Source of the DNA: Solirubrobacteraceae bacterium
Lineage (GTDB): Bacteria > Actinomycetota > Thermoleophilia > Solirubrobacterales > Solirubrobacteraceae
Assembly: GCA_052147875.1 (NCBI GenBank)
Contig: JBKQJQ010000297.1
Coordinates: forward strand, 1-40,707
Length of the DNA stretch: 40,707 bases
Reading direction: 5' to 3'
The stretch's first letter is position 1. Every line of letters begins with the position of its first letter. The position numbers and the translations under genes were made by a program. Shown piece by piece: positions 39,897 to 40,707 of this stretch. Below the pieces are notes generated by a model. The model saw only the letters and a program-made list of their open reading frames with translations. It was not told the origin of the DNA and did no database searches.

Positions 39897-39947
39897 CAAA
39901 CGGGTTAGCGACTTACAGCGCGGATCGCGCCGCGTAGGATGCGCGGC

Positions 39948-40040
39948 GGCGCGGCACGGGCCTGGTGGCCCATCCGGTCTTCAAAACCGGCAGGGCGGGG
40001 AAGCCCCCCGCTTGGAAGGTTCGATTCCTTCGCCGCGTCG
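39948..40040 (+). tRNA. selC: tRNA-Sec (anticodon UCA)
   Basis: 8-bp acceptor GGCGCGGC/GCCGCGTC, D-arm GGGCC-TGGT-GGCCC, anticodon arm CCGGT-CTTCAAA-ACCGG (TCA at 39981-39983), long variable arm and T-arm GAAGG-TTCGATT-CCTTC. No encoded CCA. TAGGAT -10 at 39935-39940. Confidence 0.92.
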
Positions 40041-40253
40041 TGGCTGAGTTTCGCGCGACGGAACCGATCGCGCGAACTAGTCGTGGCTGTCGTGAGCGGT
40101 GATGTTCGATGATGACTGGCGCCTAGATTGCGCCGAGCGGCCGAGCGGCCGAGCAGGCGATGTACTGTCTCCGCGCAGTTGGGGCGACGATTCCTGTGCC
40201 TGTTAGCAGGGTGCGCCCTGAACTTTTCGGCCGATGCTGCCGATCTTCTGGAG

Positions 40254-40400
40254 ATGGATTCATCACCATCGTTCAAGCGGCTGCGGCTGCGCCGAGCGGA
40301 TCGCTGTTTCGTGTGCGGGCTTGAGCTCGACATCGGTCAGGAGGCTCTCTGGTATGCGGGACCGCGGGTGGTGTCGTGCGCCGGCTGCCAACTTGAGCCT
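40254..40400 (+). pseudogene. probable gene remnant with a CxxC...CxxC zinc-ribbon N-terminus
   Basis: ATG at 40254 (directly preceded by GGAG), then MDSSPSFKRLRLRRADRCFVCGLELDIGQEALWYAGPRVVSCAGCQLEP. Protein-like character is lost where the frame overlaps the next gene. Resembles N-termini of actinobacterial NERD-domain proteins (from recall). Confidence 0.45.
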
Positions 40401-40461
40401 CCGCTTTGTCGCCGAAGCGATCACGCTACGCGAGGCGGCCGAGGGACTAGCATCGGCACCA

Positions 40462-40707
40462 ATGCGGCGGGTGTGCGGTTTAGCAATTTTGCTGGGTGCC
40501 CTGGTCGGCGCCGCGGGCCTGGTCGGCGCGCTCACCATCGGGCACGGTGCGATGCCGGCCGCGGCGTCGCCCGTGCCGGACCCCACGACCGCACCGGCCG
40601 GGACCACGTCCGCAGCTGTGGTGCCCGACTTCGGCAACCCCACGGGACAGTTCTATGTGCCGCCGGCCGGCCGCGCGGTCAATACCGAGCATCCCAACCA
40701 CGTGGTC
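40462..40707 (+). CDS. secreted protein, runs off the window end
   Basis: TAGCAT -10 lies 8 nt before the ATG. Signal peptide MRRVCGLAILLGALVGAAGLVGALTIG, then a P/T/A linker and GNPTGQFYVPPAGRAVNTEHPNHVV. Confidence 0.7.
   Translation, partial: MRRVCGLAILLGALVGAAGLVGALTIGHGAMPAAASPVPDPTTAPAGTTSAAVVPDFGNPTGQFYVPPAGRAVNTEHPNHVV

Noticed and set aside
39893-39919. TTGACA...TACAGC as the tRNA-Sec promoter
   Set aside because: The spacer is only 15 nt and the -10 is poor. TAGGAT at 39935-39940 fits better, and the TTGACA overlaps the upstream stop codon.

Overview
High-GC actinobacterial chromosome segment. Gene content and style suggest Thermoleophilia/Solirubrobacterales (inference). From left to right: a 5'-truncated DUF2252 gene; an IS1634-family element bounded by CTAG at both ends, one CTAG containing the treY stop codon; a translationally coupled alpha-glucan/trehalose operon (glgE-treS-mak-glgB-treZ-glgX-treY) with divergent malQ and nearby glgP; assorted housekeeping genes (thiol dioxygenase, secreted GH5, SGNH hydrolase, citrate synthase with an in-frame TAG, amidase, ferredoxin, Mrp/ApbC, VOC, LLM oxidoreductase, hydrolase-cyclase fusion, DUF2342, IMPase, UvrD-RecB-type nuclease fusion, aminotransferase, PAC2, YhaM-like HD protein); and a tRNA-Sec(UCA) followed by a possibly decayed insertion. 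Most striking: two tandem 59-bp units sit exactly in the glgE/treS start-stop overlap. Each encodes a 20-aa mini-ORF with an SD-like motif and NTGA overlaps at both ends, so coupling could be relayed through the insert. A possible diverged sibling is fused into the treS N-terminus. Also notable: a LexA-type box over the promoter of a basic 11-mer-repeat protein that is followed by a structured 3' region. Family assignments come from motif recognition, not database searches.
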